Origin: Candidatus Latescibacterota bacterium
GTDB taxonomy: Bacteria; Latescibacterota; UBA2968; UBA8231
NCBI GenBank assembly: GCA_965248265.1
Contig: CBDFJF010000002.1
Coordinates: 3,552,001-3,616,000 of the forward strand
Direction: 5' to 3'
DNA: 64,000 bases
Under the pieces are notes generated by a model. The model made no database searches, had not been told where the DNA came from, and worked only from the letters and a program-made list of their open reading frames with translations. Every line of letters begins with the position of its first letter. The stretch's first letter is position 1. The translations under genes and the position numbers were made by a program. Of this stretch, positions 1-9,035 are shown one piece after another.

Positions 1-370
1 AGAATCGAGCAGCCGACGATAGATGCCCATCTTGTCGACGGGACCGCCTATGGTGATCACTTCCGGCGCAATGCCCTCCAGCCGTTGCCACATGCCCCTG
101 ATGCGTTCGCAGGCGGCGATTTCGAAAGCCAGTGAGCGTTCCCCCAAGCCGTAAACGGAACCGTCATCCAACAGAATTTTGCCGAGCCACTGGTTCAATT
201 CATCCAGGCCAGTGCCTGAGCGCAGGCGCTTCCCATAGTCCAGGTACCGGCGCAACGATCTCGGCGATTGCGATTCCGTCAGCTCGCGAAGGTCCTGCAG
301 ATCCTCGTCCGTCAATCGGGGACGGCCTTCTGTGCGCAGGTCTGGATTTTTCCGAGCATCCAAGGCGACA
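1..370 (-). CDS. Partial hypothetical protein running off the left edge (start uncertain)
   Basis: Manual minus-strand translation is open (…DARKNPDLRTEGRPRLTDEDLQDLREL…GGPVDKMGIYRRLLDS) down to position 1; not in the ORF track because it has no stop in the window. Confidence 0.45.
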
Positions 371-377
371 TCCCGGG

Positions 378-1870
378 TCAGGTAGAATCCGCAGTGACAG
401 ACGTGGACCCGCGTTGCGACTGGGCGGTTCGTGAGTACTCCGGATAGTAGGCTCGAATGAAATCGCGAGCGGTACGGCCACCGATGAGATCGTGACCGTG
501 CCGCCGGCACCATACATTGAATCTGGCCAGTAACTGCTCCTCGTCCACTTCGATACCAGCGCGCCTGGCGTAGGAAAGCATCATATGCTCGTACTCCGAC
601 TTCCTCGGCAAATCCAGAAACACCTTGAGGCCGAATCGGTCATCCACTGCCCTAGCTGAATCGAGGCGTTCAAACTGTTGCGAGTCGTAAGAAGCCACCC
701 CTGAGTCGGACGCTGTCACGCCGTCGACCTGTAAAGGGGGGGCGCTGTGGGATGTCTTCCCTCCCTATCGACGAGGTCTTTGAAGTTGGACGTTGCATAG
801 AAGATCAGGTTGTCGGGAACACACTCCAGACCACCATCGAGAGCGGTTCCGATCTGTCTAAAGCTGGCATCATGGGGATCCCAGCTCAAGTTGTCGAGTA
901 CGGCAATGAAATGCTGAGGTAGTCTCCGGACTACCTCGAAGAGCTCATCGAAGCGACCGTAGCAATCTTCCCCCAGTTCCAGACCACGCAAGCCGCGGGC
1001 GTAGTATTTAGTTATCAGACCCCTGATTAGGGACGATTTACCGCATCCGCGCGGACCGAAAATCAGCGTGTTGTGGGCGCGAAAGCCATCGAGAAAGTTC
1101 AGCGTGTTCTCTTCAACGATGTCGATGCGGCTGCTATTCCCTTCGAGCCACTTCGAGTCAAACGCAGCGAAATCGGCGATCGGCCGTAGCATCAGTCCGG
1201 CACCGGTTGCTTTGACGCGCAGCGCTGGATTCCCCTGGAGTCTTCCCGTTCCATGGCTGAATGCCAGATCAGCCAATCGGGAAGTGAGTGACGACCACTG
1301 ATCGGACCGCGAGAACAACGCGATGAGTTCATCGTGGACGACCTCAAGATCCCATGCCGTTCGATCTTCTGCTGTATTCGCCACAGTTCCGTTATCGATA
1401 TCCTGCAACGAAGATGCGCCCAGGGTCTCGAGCCAACCGCCGATGTCACATCGTGCCAGTACCATCAGGCTGTTGAGATCCCGCTCCATCGCGCGCACCG
1501 TTGCTGCGGTCATCTCACCATGCGGACTTGAGGCCGCAAGCACCATGAACGGGTGCTCACTGATGAACAGGCGTCTGAGAATGTACTCCTGCAGATGCCC
1601 AACACCCCGGTGATTGCATGCTATCAGAGGTTGCTCAGCCAGGACCTGCAACAGGAGGTCTTGATATAGGCGCTCGGGAACAGCAGGAACGGATCCATGA
1701 TTCGCTGAGATCAGCTCACTCTGCTGCAGGATGGACTCGAACAGCTTGTCGAGGTTGGAACGAACCGTGGGTGAAAGGACGTCACAGAACGAGGAGAGCA
1801 ATGTCAGGTGGTTGCGAGCGCAATCTGCCTGTTGCTGAATTGATGCTGCGGAGGCTGGAGCGCCTGCCAC
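378..1870 (-). pseudogene. DUF815-family AAA+ ATPase split by a 1-nt frameshift (ORFs 716-1870 and 378-719)
   Basis: Walker A GPRGCGKSS and YATSN motif in 716-1870; the family-type C-terminus (DDRFGL…EY…GRTARDF) is in the next frame; the junction is a G7 run at 736-742. Confidence 0.75.
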
Positions 1871-1874
1871 CAGG

Positions 1875-3791
1875 TCAGCCCTTGGTTTCTATCCAGGCGC
1901 CCTCGCGATTCCTCTCGATGTGCCTCTTCTGCCCCCTCTTCTTGGCGGGCACCAGTTCCTGGGTCTCCGGGTCGCGCGAAACGATGACAAACAGCGTTGG
2001 ATCATCCGGATCCGGCATGATCTTCTGAGGTATTCGCCGCGTGCTGCCAGCCACCCGCATTTCGACACGGCCGATCTGAACACCCTTCTGGATTTCTTCT
2101 TCTGACAGCTCCATCTCGTCGCCATCACCAGACGCTGGCTTTTCTGTCGCCGCCGCGGTTTCCTTCTTCTCGCGAGCTTCCTTGGTCTGAGCCTGCCGCT
2201 CATCGCGGATGCGATCCTCAATCTGGTCCATCATCACTGTACTGCGTTGCTTCAGTTCGGCGGCCTCGTCGGAGGTCATGTCCGGAAACAATCGCCTCAT
2301 GCGCCGGTTGAGAAAATTCTCTGCCTGGTGACGGGCCTCCTTCATATCCGAAGTGCCCTGATAGAATTCCTCGACGGTTCTGGCAATGCGTAGTAGACGC
2401 AATTCTTTGCGAAAGGGTGTCTTCTTGGCTACGTGGTCGACGAGGGAGATCATACAGCGCATGTCGGCCGCCGGCCTCACTCTCTTCAGTTGATCTGAAG
2501 AGTTGAGGCGTTCTGACATGCCATCAGAATCGAGTTTGTCCAGATCCTCGATGAAGGTCTCGTCGATGATCATGTTGCCAATACGTTCGAGGCCGCGCCC
2601 CATGATTGAGTTGTACGGATGTAGACGCACCGAGATCATGCGAAGCTCCTGGTCTTTGCGCTCCATGATGTCGATACAGCGATCCAACATCTCGACATCT
2701 TCCATAAGCGCCTTCAGCGTCGCGCTCAGATCCGTATCGCCCTGGGCGATCACGGCCTGCTTGTGCTCGATCAGGAAGGTCAGCGCGTCATGGTAGCTGG
2801 GATCAATCTTCTGCATTGATTCAAAGACCTGGAGATAGCGCACGGAATCAGCGACCGCTTCCCTGACCTTGCGTTCCAGCTTGTCCCGGGTCTCGCCCGT
2901 GAGAATGCTGTTGCGGATGCTGGTGGCCTCTTTTTCGTCGATCTCCCCCTTCTTGACGCGCTCATCGATCTCTCGCAATTGCTTTATCTGATCGGCTTCA
3001 GTCTCGGTCACGACACCCTGATCCACGAGGGAGTCCAGATTCTTCGGGACCTTCTCCAGCTCCCGCTCTTCCAGTTCGGAGCGTCGCTTTTCCTGCTGCT
3101 GTACGCGCTGCTTGGCCTCGGCCCCATCCACCTCACCGCTGGCGACCGCCTCATCTACGGCTTCGTCTTCCGGGCTCTTGGCAGCCGGGGTGGGCGCCTC
3201 TTGTGGGGGCTCCGGGATGAGTGGCTCAGAGACAACGGGTTGTATTTCGGCCTGCTGTTCGGGGGCAGCTGGTTTTTCCTCTCGCGGCCCGCTGATCTGA
3301 TCGACCATCTGCTTGACGCCGGAAAGCACGTCGATGTTGTCAGTCGACAGATTCACCTCATCGAGGAAATCCCGTACCTCCTCCCGTTGACTGAACCGAC
3401 GCAACGATTGCGCTCCCTTTTCCTGGATCTTGGCCAGATCCCAGTTCAACCGTTTCACCCCTTCCTCGAAGGCGCTGTTGATCTTGTTCTGAAAGCCCTT
3501 GGCCAGGTAGGTATCGGGACGGGACCGGTTCACGGCCTCCACCATGTGGCGTATCTGTAAACGTGTGGTGTCAGATACCTCTGATGCGGTCACATCGGAG
3601 TAAACTTGCTCGGCGGCCTCGACGAAATCGCCATTGGTCAACAATGGCTCGCCGTCTTTCAGCCTGTCCGTTATGCGCGCCCAGATCTCCTTGCACACAT
3701 TCTGCGGCAAAGGTCCGGCAGCGTCGGACGCGGATAGATTTTGATTTGCGGTTTTTGACATCAGCGGTAGATGGAAAACAGTATCCCTCAA
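1875..3791 (-). CDS. Hypothetical highly charged alpha-helical protein (probable ATG start at 3761)
   Basis: 638-aa ORF, E/K/R-rich with a Pro/Ala linker; no family recognised; packed between cysS and the DUF815 gene. Confidence 0.8.
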   Translation of the reverse strand: MRDTVFHLPLMSKTANQNLSASDAAGPLPQNVCKEIWARITDRLKDGEPLLTNGDFVEAAEQVYSDVTASEVSDTTRLQIRHMVEAVNRSRPDTYLAKGFQNKINSAFEEGVKRLNWDLAKIQEKGAQSLRRFSQREEVRDFLDEVNLSTDNIDVLSGVKQMVDQISGPREEKPAAPEQQAEIQPVVSEPLIPEPPQEAPTPAAKSPEDEAVDEAVASGEVDGAEAKQRVQQQEKRRSELEERELEKVPKNLDSLVDQGVVTETEADQIKQLREIDERVKKGEIDEKEATSIRNSILTGETRDKLERKVREAVADSVRYLQVFESMQKIDPSYHDALTFLIEHKQAVIAQGDTDLSATLKALMEDVEMLDRCIDIMERKDQELRMISVRLHPYNSIMGRGLERIGNMIIDETFIEDLDKLDSDGMSERLNSSDQLKRVRPAADMRCMISLVDHVAKKTPFRKELRLLRIARTVEEFYQGTSDMKEARHQAENFLNRRMRRLFPDMTSDEAAELKQRSTVMMDQIEDRIRDERQAQTKEAREKKETAAATEKPASGDGDEMELSEEEIQKGVQIGRVEMRVAGSTRRIPQKIMPDPDDPTLFVIVSRDPETQELVPAKKRGQKRHIERNREGAWIETKG

Positions 3792-3864
3792 AAAAGCCCT
3801 GAAATTCCTAGATTGTCAAGTGAAGCGCTATGCCTTAGGTGGTTGTCCTGGAAAGAGTTCTCTA

Positions 3865-5304
3865 CTATTTCCAGGCCCACTTACTGCCCTCTGGAGAGTC
3901 TCTCACTTCGATCCCGGCCGCGGCCAGCTCATCCCGAAGCCTGTCAGCCTCACTCCAGTCTTTAGAGCGTCGTGCCTCGTCCCGCTGTCGCAATAGCTGC
4001 TCCAATTCTGGAGTCAATGCCTGCGGTTCGGTTGCTCCCTCACCATCTCGGCCGTGGAAGAGACCGAGCACCGACTCGATCTCCTCGAGGAACCCCAGGC
4101 CACTTTTGGCTGCAGTGACATCGACGCCCGTTGTCGTGAATCGCCGCTCAGCCTCGTTGACGAACCCGAAGACGGCAGCCATGCCTTTGGGCACGTTGAG
4201 GTCGTCATCCATACCTTCGCGGAAACCTGAGCGAGCCTGAACGATCATCTCCATCCAGGTTTGATTATCCGTCTGGGGGTTCCCCGAGTCCGCCGTGCTG
4301 GACACTGAAAGGCCTTGGCGCAGCCGGTCTCGCAGCCGACGCAAGCGACTCAGGGCACTCTTGCTGGCGGCGAGTGCCGCCGGCGTGAAGTTGAGGGTCG
4401 AACGGTAGTGAGCGGTGACCGCAAAATAGCGGAACGCCTCTATTTCATCGCGATCTCCGATATCGCTTAGGCGCAGGTTGTTACCCTCACTCTTCGACAT
4501 TCCAACCCCATCGATGTTGACGAACTCGTTGTGCATCCAGCGACAGACGAACGGTTTCCCCGTAGCCCCCTGGCTTTGGGCGATCTCGTTCTGGTGATGG
4601 GGAAATATCAGATCCACGCCACCGGTGTGGATGTCGAACACCTGCCCGAGGTATTTCATCGACATGGCAGAGCATTCCAAGTGCCATCCCGGACGGCCAC
4701 GGCCATAGGGAGATTCCCAGCAGACATCGCCATCGGCTTCCGTCCATGCTTTCCACAACACGAAGTCTCTGGCGTCATCCTTGTCGTACTTATCGGTGTC
4801 GACACGCGCTCCGTCCCTCATCCCAGCCATGTCCAGGCGGGCAAATTCTCCGTACTCGGTAAAAGCGGAAATCGAGTAGTACACAGACCCATCGCGCTCA
4901 TAGGCGACACCCCGTTGGATGAGCGTCGAGATCAACTCGATCATCTCGTGGATGTGCCCGCTTGGACGTGGGTAGACATCGGCGGGCTCAAGGTTGAGTG
5001 CCTCGGCGTCCTGGAAGAATGCTTGCGCGTAACGCTCGGTGTACTCCTCCAGGGACATACCCTCCTGCCCCACCCGCTGGACGATGCGGTCATCCACATC
5101 GGTGAGATTCATCACGTGATAAACCTCGTAGCCGCAATAGCGCAGGTAACGCTTGAGCACGTCAGCGAAGAGGAAGCTGCGGAAGTTTCCGATGTGGGCA
5201 TGATCCCAGATGGTTGGACCGCAGGTATAGATCCGCACCCGCCCCTGCTCCAGCGGCTGGAATGCCGTCTTCTCCCGTGTGGCGGTGTCATATAGTTGTA
5301 GCAT
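3865..5304 (-). CDS. cysS: Cysteine--tRNA ligase
   Basis: CGPT…HIGN, DFVLWK, GRPGWHLECSAM, DIHTGGVDLIFPHHQNE and MSKS motifs. Confidence 0.98.
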   Translation of the reverse strand: MLQLYDTATREKTAFQPLEQGRVRIYTCGPTIWDHAHIGNFRSFLFADVLKRYLRYCGYEVYHVMNLTDVDDRIVQRVGQEGMSLEEYTERYAQAFFQDAEALNLEPADVYPRPSGHIHEMIELISTLIQRGVAYERDGSVYYSISAFTEYGEFARLDMAGMRDGARVDTDKYDKDDARDFVLWKAWTEADGDVCWESPYGRGRPGWHLECSAMSMKYLGQVFDIHTGGVDLIFPHHQNEIAQSQGATGKPFVCRWMHNEFVNIDGVGMSKSEGNNLRLSDIGDRDEIEAFRYFAVTAHYRSTLNFTPAALAASKSALSRLRRLRDRLRQGLSVSSTADSGNPQTDNQTWMEMIVQARSGFREGMDDDLNVPKGMAAVFGFVNEAERRFTTTGVDVTAAKSGLGFLEEIESVLGLFHGRDGEGATEPQALTPELEQLLRQRDEARRSKDWSEADRLRDELAAAGIEVRDSPEGSKWAWK

Positions 5305-5381
5305 TGCTGTCCTGAGATCGCTGGTCTAAGTTAGCTGCCAACACATGAAACTCACTTCACAATCGACCTCTTGAGATCGAG

Positions 5382-6620
5382 TTGATGATGAAACGCATAC
5401 CGCTGCATTGGCAAATCGCCGTGGCCCTGGTGGCTGGTGTTCTGGCCGGCCTGGGTGCCGGGGAATCGGTCCTGCACCTGAAGTTTCTCGGAGACCTGTT
5501 TCTCAAAGGTCTGAAGATGATCATCGTGCCACTGATTGCCTCTTCTATCATCTGCGGCATGGCCGGCATTGGTGCTTCGGGGGCCATGGGCCGCATCGGT
5601 GCGAAGACCTTCGGATACTATCTGTGCACCAGCCTCTTCGCCATAGTCACCGGATTGTTTCTGGCCAACATCGTACGACCCGGAGATGGCGTCGCCCTGG
5701 GACTGCTGGAGCGCCCTGACGAGAGACTTGCTTCATCTCTTGAGAAGTTCGGCGATTCTCCCTTCTCCGCCGCCCAGCGTCTCCTGCTCGATCTGGTCCC
5801 GAGCAACTTCTTCGAGGCCATGGCCGAGGGGCACATGCTGCAGATCATCTTCTTCTGCCTGCTGTTCGGCGTTTTCATCTCCCGCGCGGACACGCCACAT
5901 CGGGACCGCTTGGTCGGGTTCTTCGAGGCCGTCTTCGAAGTGGTCATGCGTCTGACACGCTTCGTTCTGGCCTTCGCCCCGATCGGTATCTTCGCCCTCG
6001 TGGCCACAACAGTCGCCACCACCGGACTGGAGGCGTTTAAGGGGTTAGGGCTCTACGCTTTGACCGTGCTTGCCGGCTTGCTCATTCACGCCTGCATCAC
6101 CCTACCCGCACTGCTGTACGTGATCGGCCGTTGTTCGCCCAAGCGGCATGCACAGGCCATGTCTCCGGCCTTGCTGACAGCTTTTTCCACCTCTTCTTCT
6201 TCGGCAACGCTACCCCTGACCATGAACAGCCTGGAAAAACGGGCCGGCATCTCCAACCGGGTCACCAGCTTCGTGGCACCGCTGGGGGCGACCATCAATA
6301 TGGACGGCACTGCCCTGTACGAATGCGTCGCCGCCATGTTCATCGCTCAGGCCTATGGCATCGAGTTGACCATCATCCAGCAGGTCATCCTCGTGGTCAC
6401 AGCGCTGTTGGCCTCCATAGGAGCGGCGGGCATCCCCATGGCTGGACTGGTAATGATCTCCGTTATCCTTACGGCCCTGGGCCTGCCACTGGAAGGTGTA
6501 GGCCTGATCCTGGCCGTAGACCGGGTACTGGATATGTGCCGGACCACGGTCAATGTTTGGAGTGACTCTACAGGTGCCGCCATCATCGCCCGCAGCGAGG
6601 GAGAGCACCCGAATGTCTGA
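5382..6620 (+). CDS. Dicarboxylate/amino acid:cation symporter (DAACS, GltP/GltT-like)
   Basis: AFSTSSSSATLP, GATINMDGTALY, LASIGAAGIP and DRVLDMCRTTVNV motifs. Confidence 0.95.
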   Translation: MMMKRIPLHWQIAVALVAGVLAGLGAGESVLHLKFLGDLFLKGLKMIIVPLIASSIICGMAGIGASGAMGRIGAKTFGYYLCTSLFAIVTGLFLANIVRPGDGVALGLLERPDERLASSLEKFGDSPFSAAQRLLLDLVPSNFFEAMAEGHMLQIIFFCLLFGVFISRADTPHRDRLVGFFEAVFEVVMRLTRFVLAFAPIGIFALVATTVATTGLEAFKGLGLYALTVLAGLLIHACITLPALLYVIGRCSPKRHAQAMSPALLTAFSTSSSSATLPLTMNSLEKRAGISNRVTSFVAPLGATINMDGTALYECVAAMFIAQAYGIELTIIQQVILVVTALLASIGAAGIPMAGLVMISVILTALGLPLEGVGLILAVDRVLDMCRTTVNVWSDSTGAAIIARSEGEHPNV

Positions 6621-6632
6621 GAAGGCACAAGC

Positions 6633-7379
6633 TCAATCGCCGTCGCCCAGATAACTGGGAAACCGCGTCTGGTCGTCGGTTTCGGCTTCGTCAGTTTGTT
6701 GTCGCGTGAGGCCAAGGGCGTCCAGAAAGTCAGCCGCCTGCAGTTGAGTACCCTTCATTTCGACCCCGGCCAAACGCGCATCCTGCACCTGGGCACTGGA
6801 AAGGTCTGCGTCGCTGAGATCTCCGCCCTGCAAGTCCACGTCCTGTAGGTTGATTTCTTTGCAGTTGGCTCTGCGAAGGTCCGCCAAAAACAGGTTGGCA
6901 CCCTTGCAATATGCTCCCTCCAGGTCGGCCCCTTGGAGCCTGCTTTCCAGCAAGTCAGCGTCTCGTAGATCGGCACGCTGCAGGTTGGCTTTGCGCAGAT
7001 CGGCGCCCTGGAGATTCGCCTGTATTAGGTGTGCTCCCTCCATGTTGGCCTCGCGCAGGTTGGATTGCTGCAGACTGGCATGCTGGAGGTTTGCTTGGGT
7101 AAGGTCAGCACGATAGAGATTTGCATTCTGAAGCTCGGCTCCGTGCAGACTCGCCTGGCTGAAGTTGGCACCGCGCAGATCGGCTCCCTGGAAGTAGGCA
7201 TCCTGGAGGAAGGCGCGGTGGAAGTCGGCCTTCTCGCCGTCCTCACCTTTTGATTCAAGCCATTCCCGATGTCTGTTGAGCATCCGTTCCAATTCCTCCG
7301 CTGGAATGGCTTTCGGCTCAGCATTCGCGTCCGGGGCGTCTTCATCCCCCTCTGGCGGTATGTCGATTTGTTCTGTCAT
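6633..7379 (-). CDS. Pentapeptide repeat protein
   Basis: Many A(D/N)Lxx repeats; N-terminal HREWL…G.KADF cap. Confidence 0.93.
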   Translation of the reverse strand: MTEQIDIPPEGDEDAPDANAEPKAIPAEELERMLNRHREWLESKGEDGEKADFHRAFLQDAYFQGADLRGANFSQASLHGAELQNANLYRADLTQANLQHASLQQSNLREANMEGAHLIQANLQGADLRKANLQRADLRDADLLESRLQGADLEGAYCKGANLFLADLRRANCKEINLQDVDLQGGDLSDADLSSAQVQDARLAGVEMKGTQLQAADFLDALGLTRQQTDEAETDDQTRFPSYLGDGD

Positions 7380-7492
7380 GGCTGAGGCTCGATCGCCGGA
7401 CGGCTATCAATGGGCTCCGACGCTGTCCCGGAGGAATCGCGAAACCAACCACCCTCTGGCCTCGCGAAACCCGCCGACTCCCCAAGGGTTTT

Positions 7493-7528
7493 GGAGACTC
7501 TCTACATTAGGGAGACTCTCTACATTAG
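7493..7528. repeat. Perfect 18-bp tandem duplication GGAGACTCTCTACATTAG x2
   Basis: Identical units at 7493-7510 and 7511-7528. Confidence 0.9.
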
Positions 7529-7698
7529 ATAGGGTGGTGAACAGATGGGATAGTGAAAGGAAACTTAACGGCATCAACTCCATACTGCAATCTCCTTGAA
7601 CCACAATTACTTATACCGATTGATTGCAGCACCGTTTGCCGCTGCGGACACCCTCCAGATACGGTGAAACCGCAACCGTTGCGCCAGCCAACAGTGTG

Positions 7699-7773
7699 TG
7701 GTGGTCCCGCCGGGAATCGAACCCAGATTTGAGGATTAGGAATCCTCCGTTCTATCCGTTGAACTACGGGACC
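7699..7773 (-). tRNA. tRNA-Arg(CCT)
   Basis: Acceptor GGTCCCG/CGGGACC, anticodon arm GAGGA-TTCCTAA-TCCTC, T-loop GTTCGA, encoded CCA. Confidence 0.96.
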
Positions 7774-7812
7774 GATCTGCGCCGCGTGTGGCACCCCAGC
7801 TGAATCGGCGTC

Positions 7813-8016
7813 CTACGTCCTCCTCTTCACGTTCACTGCGACCGGCCCCCTTGGGCCTTCCTGGACTTCGAATTCGATCTCGTCCCCGGCCGCCAAGACC
7901 TGTGCAGACTCCTCTTCGATTTCGCTGAAATGAACGAACGCATCCTCACCTTCCCAATCGATAAAACCGTACCCCCGTTTTTCGCTGTAGAACTTGACGA
8001 CACCGGTAGGTGACAT
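7813..8016 (-). CDS. csp: Cold-shock domain protein
   Basis: GVVKFY…RGYGFI…FVHFSEI (RNP1/RNP2); ATG at 8016 preferred over 8046. Confidence 0.93.
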   Translation of the reverse strand: MSPTGVVKFYSEKRGYGFIDWEGEDAFVHFSEIEEESAQVLAAGDEIEFEVQEGPRGPVAVNVKRRT

Positions 8017-8172
8017 GTGAACTCCGGGTAGGGAGCAGATCGCCACGGCGATCCGGCATGAGGTATCCGCTTGGGGTCGCCAACTGCTGCGGCGCCGGCA
8101 CTCGCGCGAAGTTTGCGGCTGATTTCAGACGAGAAGCGCCGGTTTGATTGGTGTGCGTGTAATGGGGATTCA

Positions 8173-8202
8173 ATTATAAAGTGAGGAATTTTGCGCAGTC
8201 AA
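8173..8202 (-). promoter_or_regulatory. Sigma70-type promoter for csp-tRNA-Arg
   Basis: TTGACT-N18-TATAAT on the minus strand; implies a ~150-nt 5' UTR, as is typical of cspA-type genes. Confidence 0.7.
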
Positions 8203-8375
8203 GGCCGCTGCCCTGGCGACCTGGCCTGGATGCACGGAATCCTTGATGTTGACTTTGCCCGATGTAGCATACTTTACTATACTTCATTTTCCGGCTGTAC
8301 CACCACCCCCTTCACATGTAGTTTGGTGGTCGCCTTCCACCTATAGCGGCCCCCAAGCCACTCCGAAAACAGCGT

Positions 8376-9035
8376 ATGCCGCCGCAGATATTCCGCCGCA
8401 GCATCAATTGGTTTGCCAATGTAACCATCATTGGCGCGGTCGTTGTCCCCGGACTGCTGCTGACCATTCTCCTCAACATCAATCGGCTGGACTATGTCAG
8501 TCACGTGGGCATGCCCAAGGATCAACCTGTGCCCTTCAGCCATAAACACCACGTAACTGGCATGGGTATCGACTGCCGCTATTGCCACACGACGGTGGAG
8601 GAAACAGCGTTTGCCGGTATCCCACCGACGGAGACCTGTATGACCTGTCACTCCCAAATTTGGACCGAAGCATCTATGCTCGAGCCGGTGAGGGCGAGCT
8701 TCCGAGATAACACCTCCTTGCAGTGGACGCGCATCCACGACTTGCCGGATTTTGTCTACTTCAAGCACGACATACACATCAACAAGGGCATCGGGTGCGA
8801 GACCTGTCACGGTCGTGTAGACCGCATGCCCCTAGCCATGAAAGCGCAGACACTGAACATGGAGTGGTGTCTGGATTGTCATCGGGCCCCTGAACTGTTC
8901 ATTCGGCCCCGGGAGGAGGTCTTCAACATGGCCTGGACCTATCCCCTCGATCAAGAGGCGGCGGGCATGAAACTGGTCCAGCAGTACGGCGTTCAGACGT
9001 CCCAGCTCACCGATTGCTCAGTGTGCCATCTATGA
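8376..9035 (+). CDS. actA: Alternative complex III pentaheme cytochrome c subunit
   Basis: N-terminal TM helix, QPVPFSHKHH, five CxxCH motifs (CRYCH, CMTCH, CETCH, CLDCH, CSVCH). Confidence 0.95.
   Translation: MPPQIFRRSINWFANVTIIGAVVVPGLLLTILLNINRLDYVSHVGMPKDQPVPFSHKHHVTGMGIDCRYCHTTVEETAFAGIPPTETCMTCHSQIWTEASMLEPVRASFRDNTSLQWTRIHDLPDFVYFKHDIHINKGIGCETCHGRVDRMPLAMKAQTLNMEWCLDCHRAPELFIRPREEVFNMAWTYPLDQEAAGMKLVQQYGVQTSQLTDCSVCHL

Noticed and set aside
7493-7528. CRISPR array
   Set aside because: Only two adjacent 18-bp units with no spacer; no cas genes in the window
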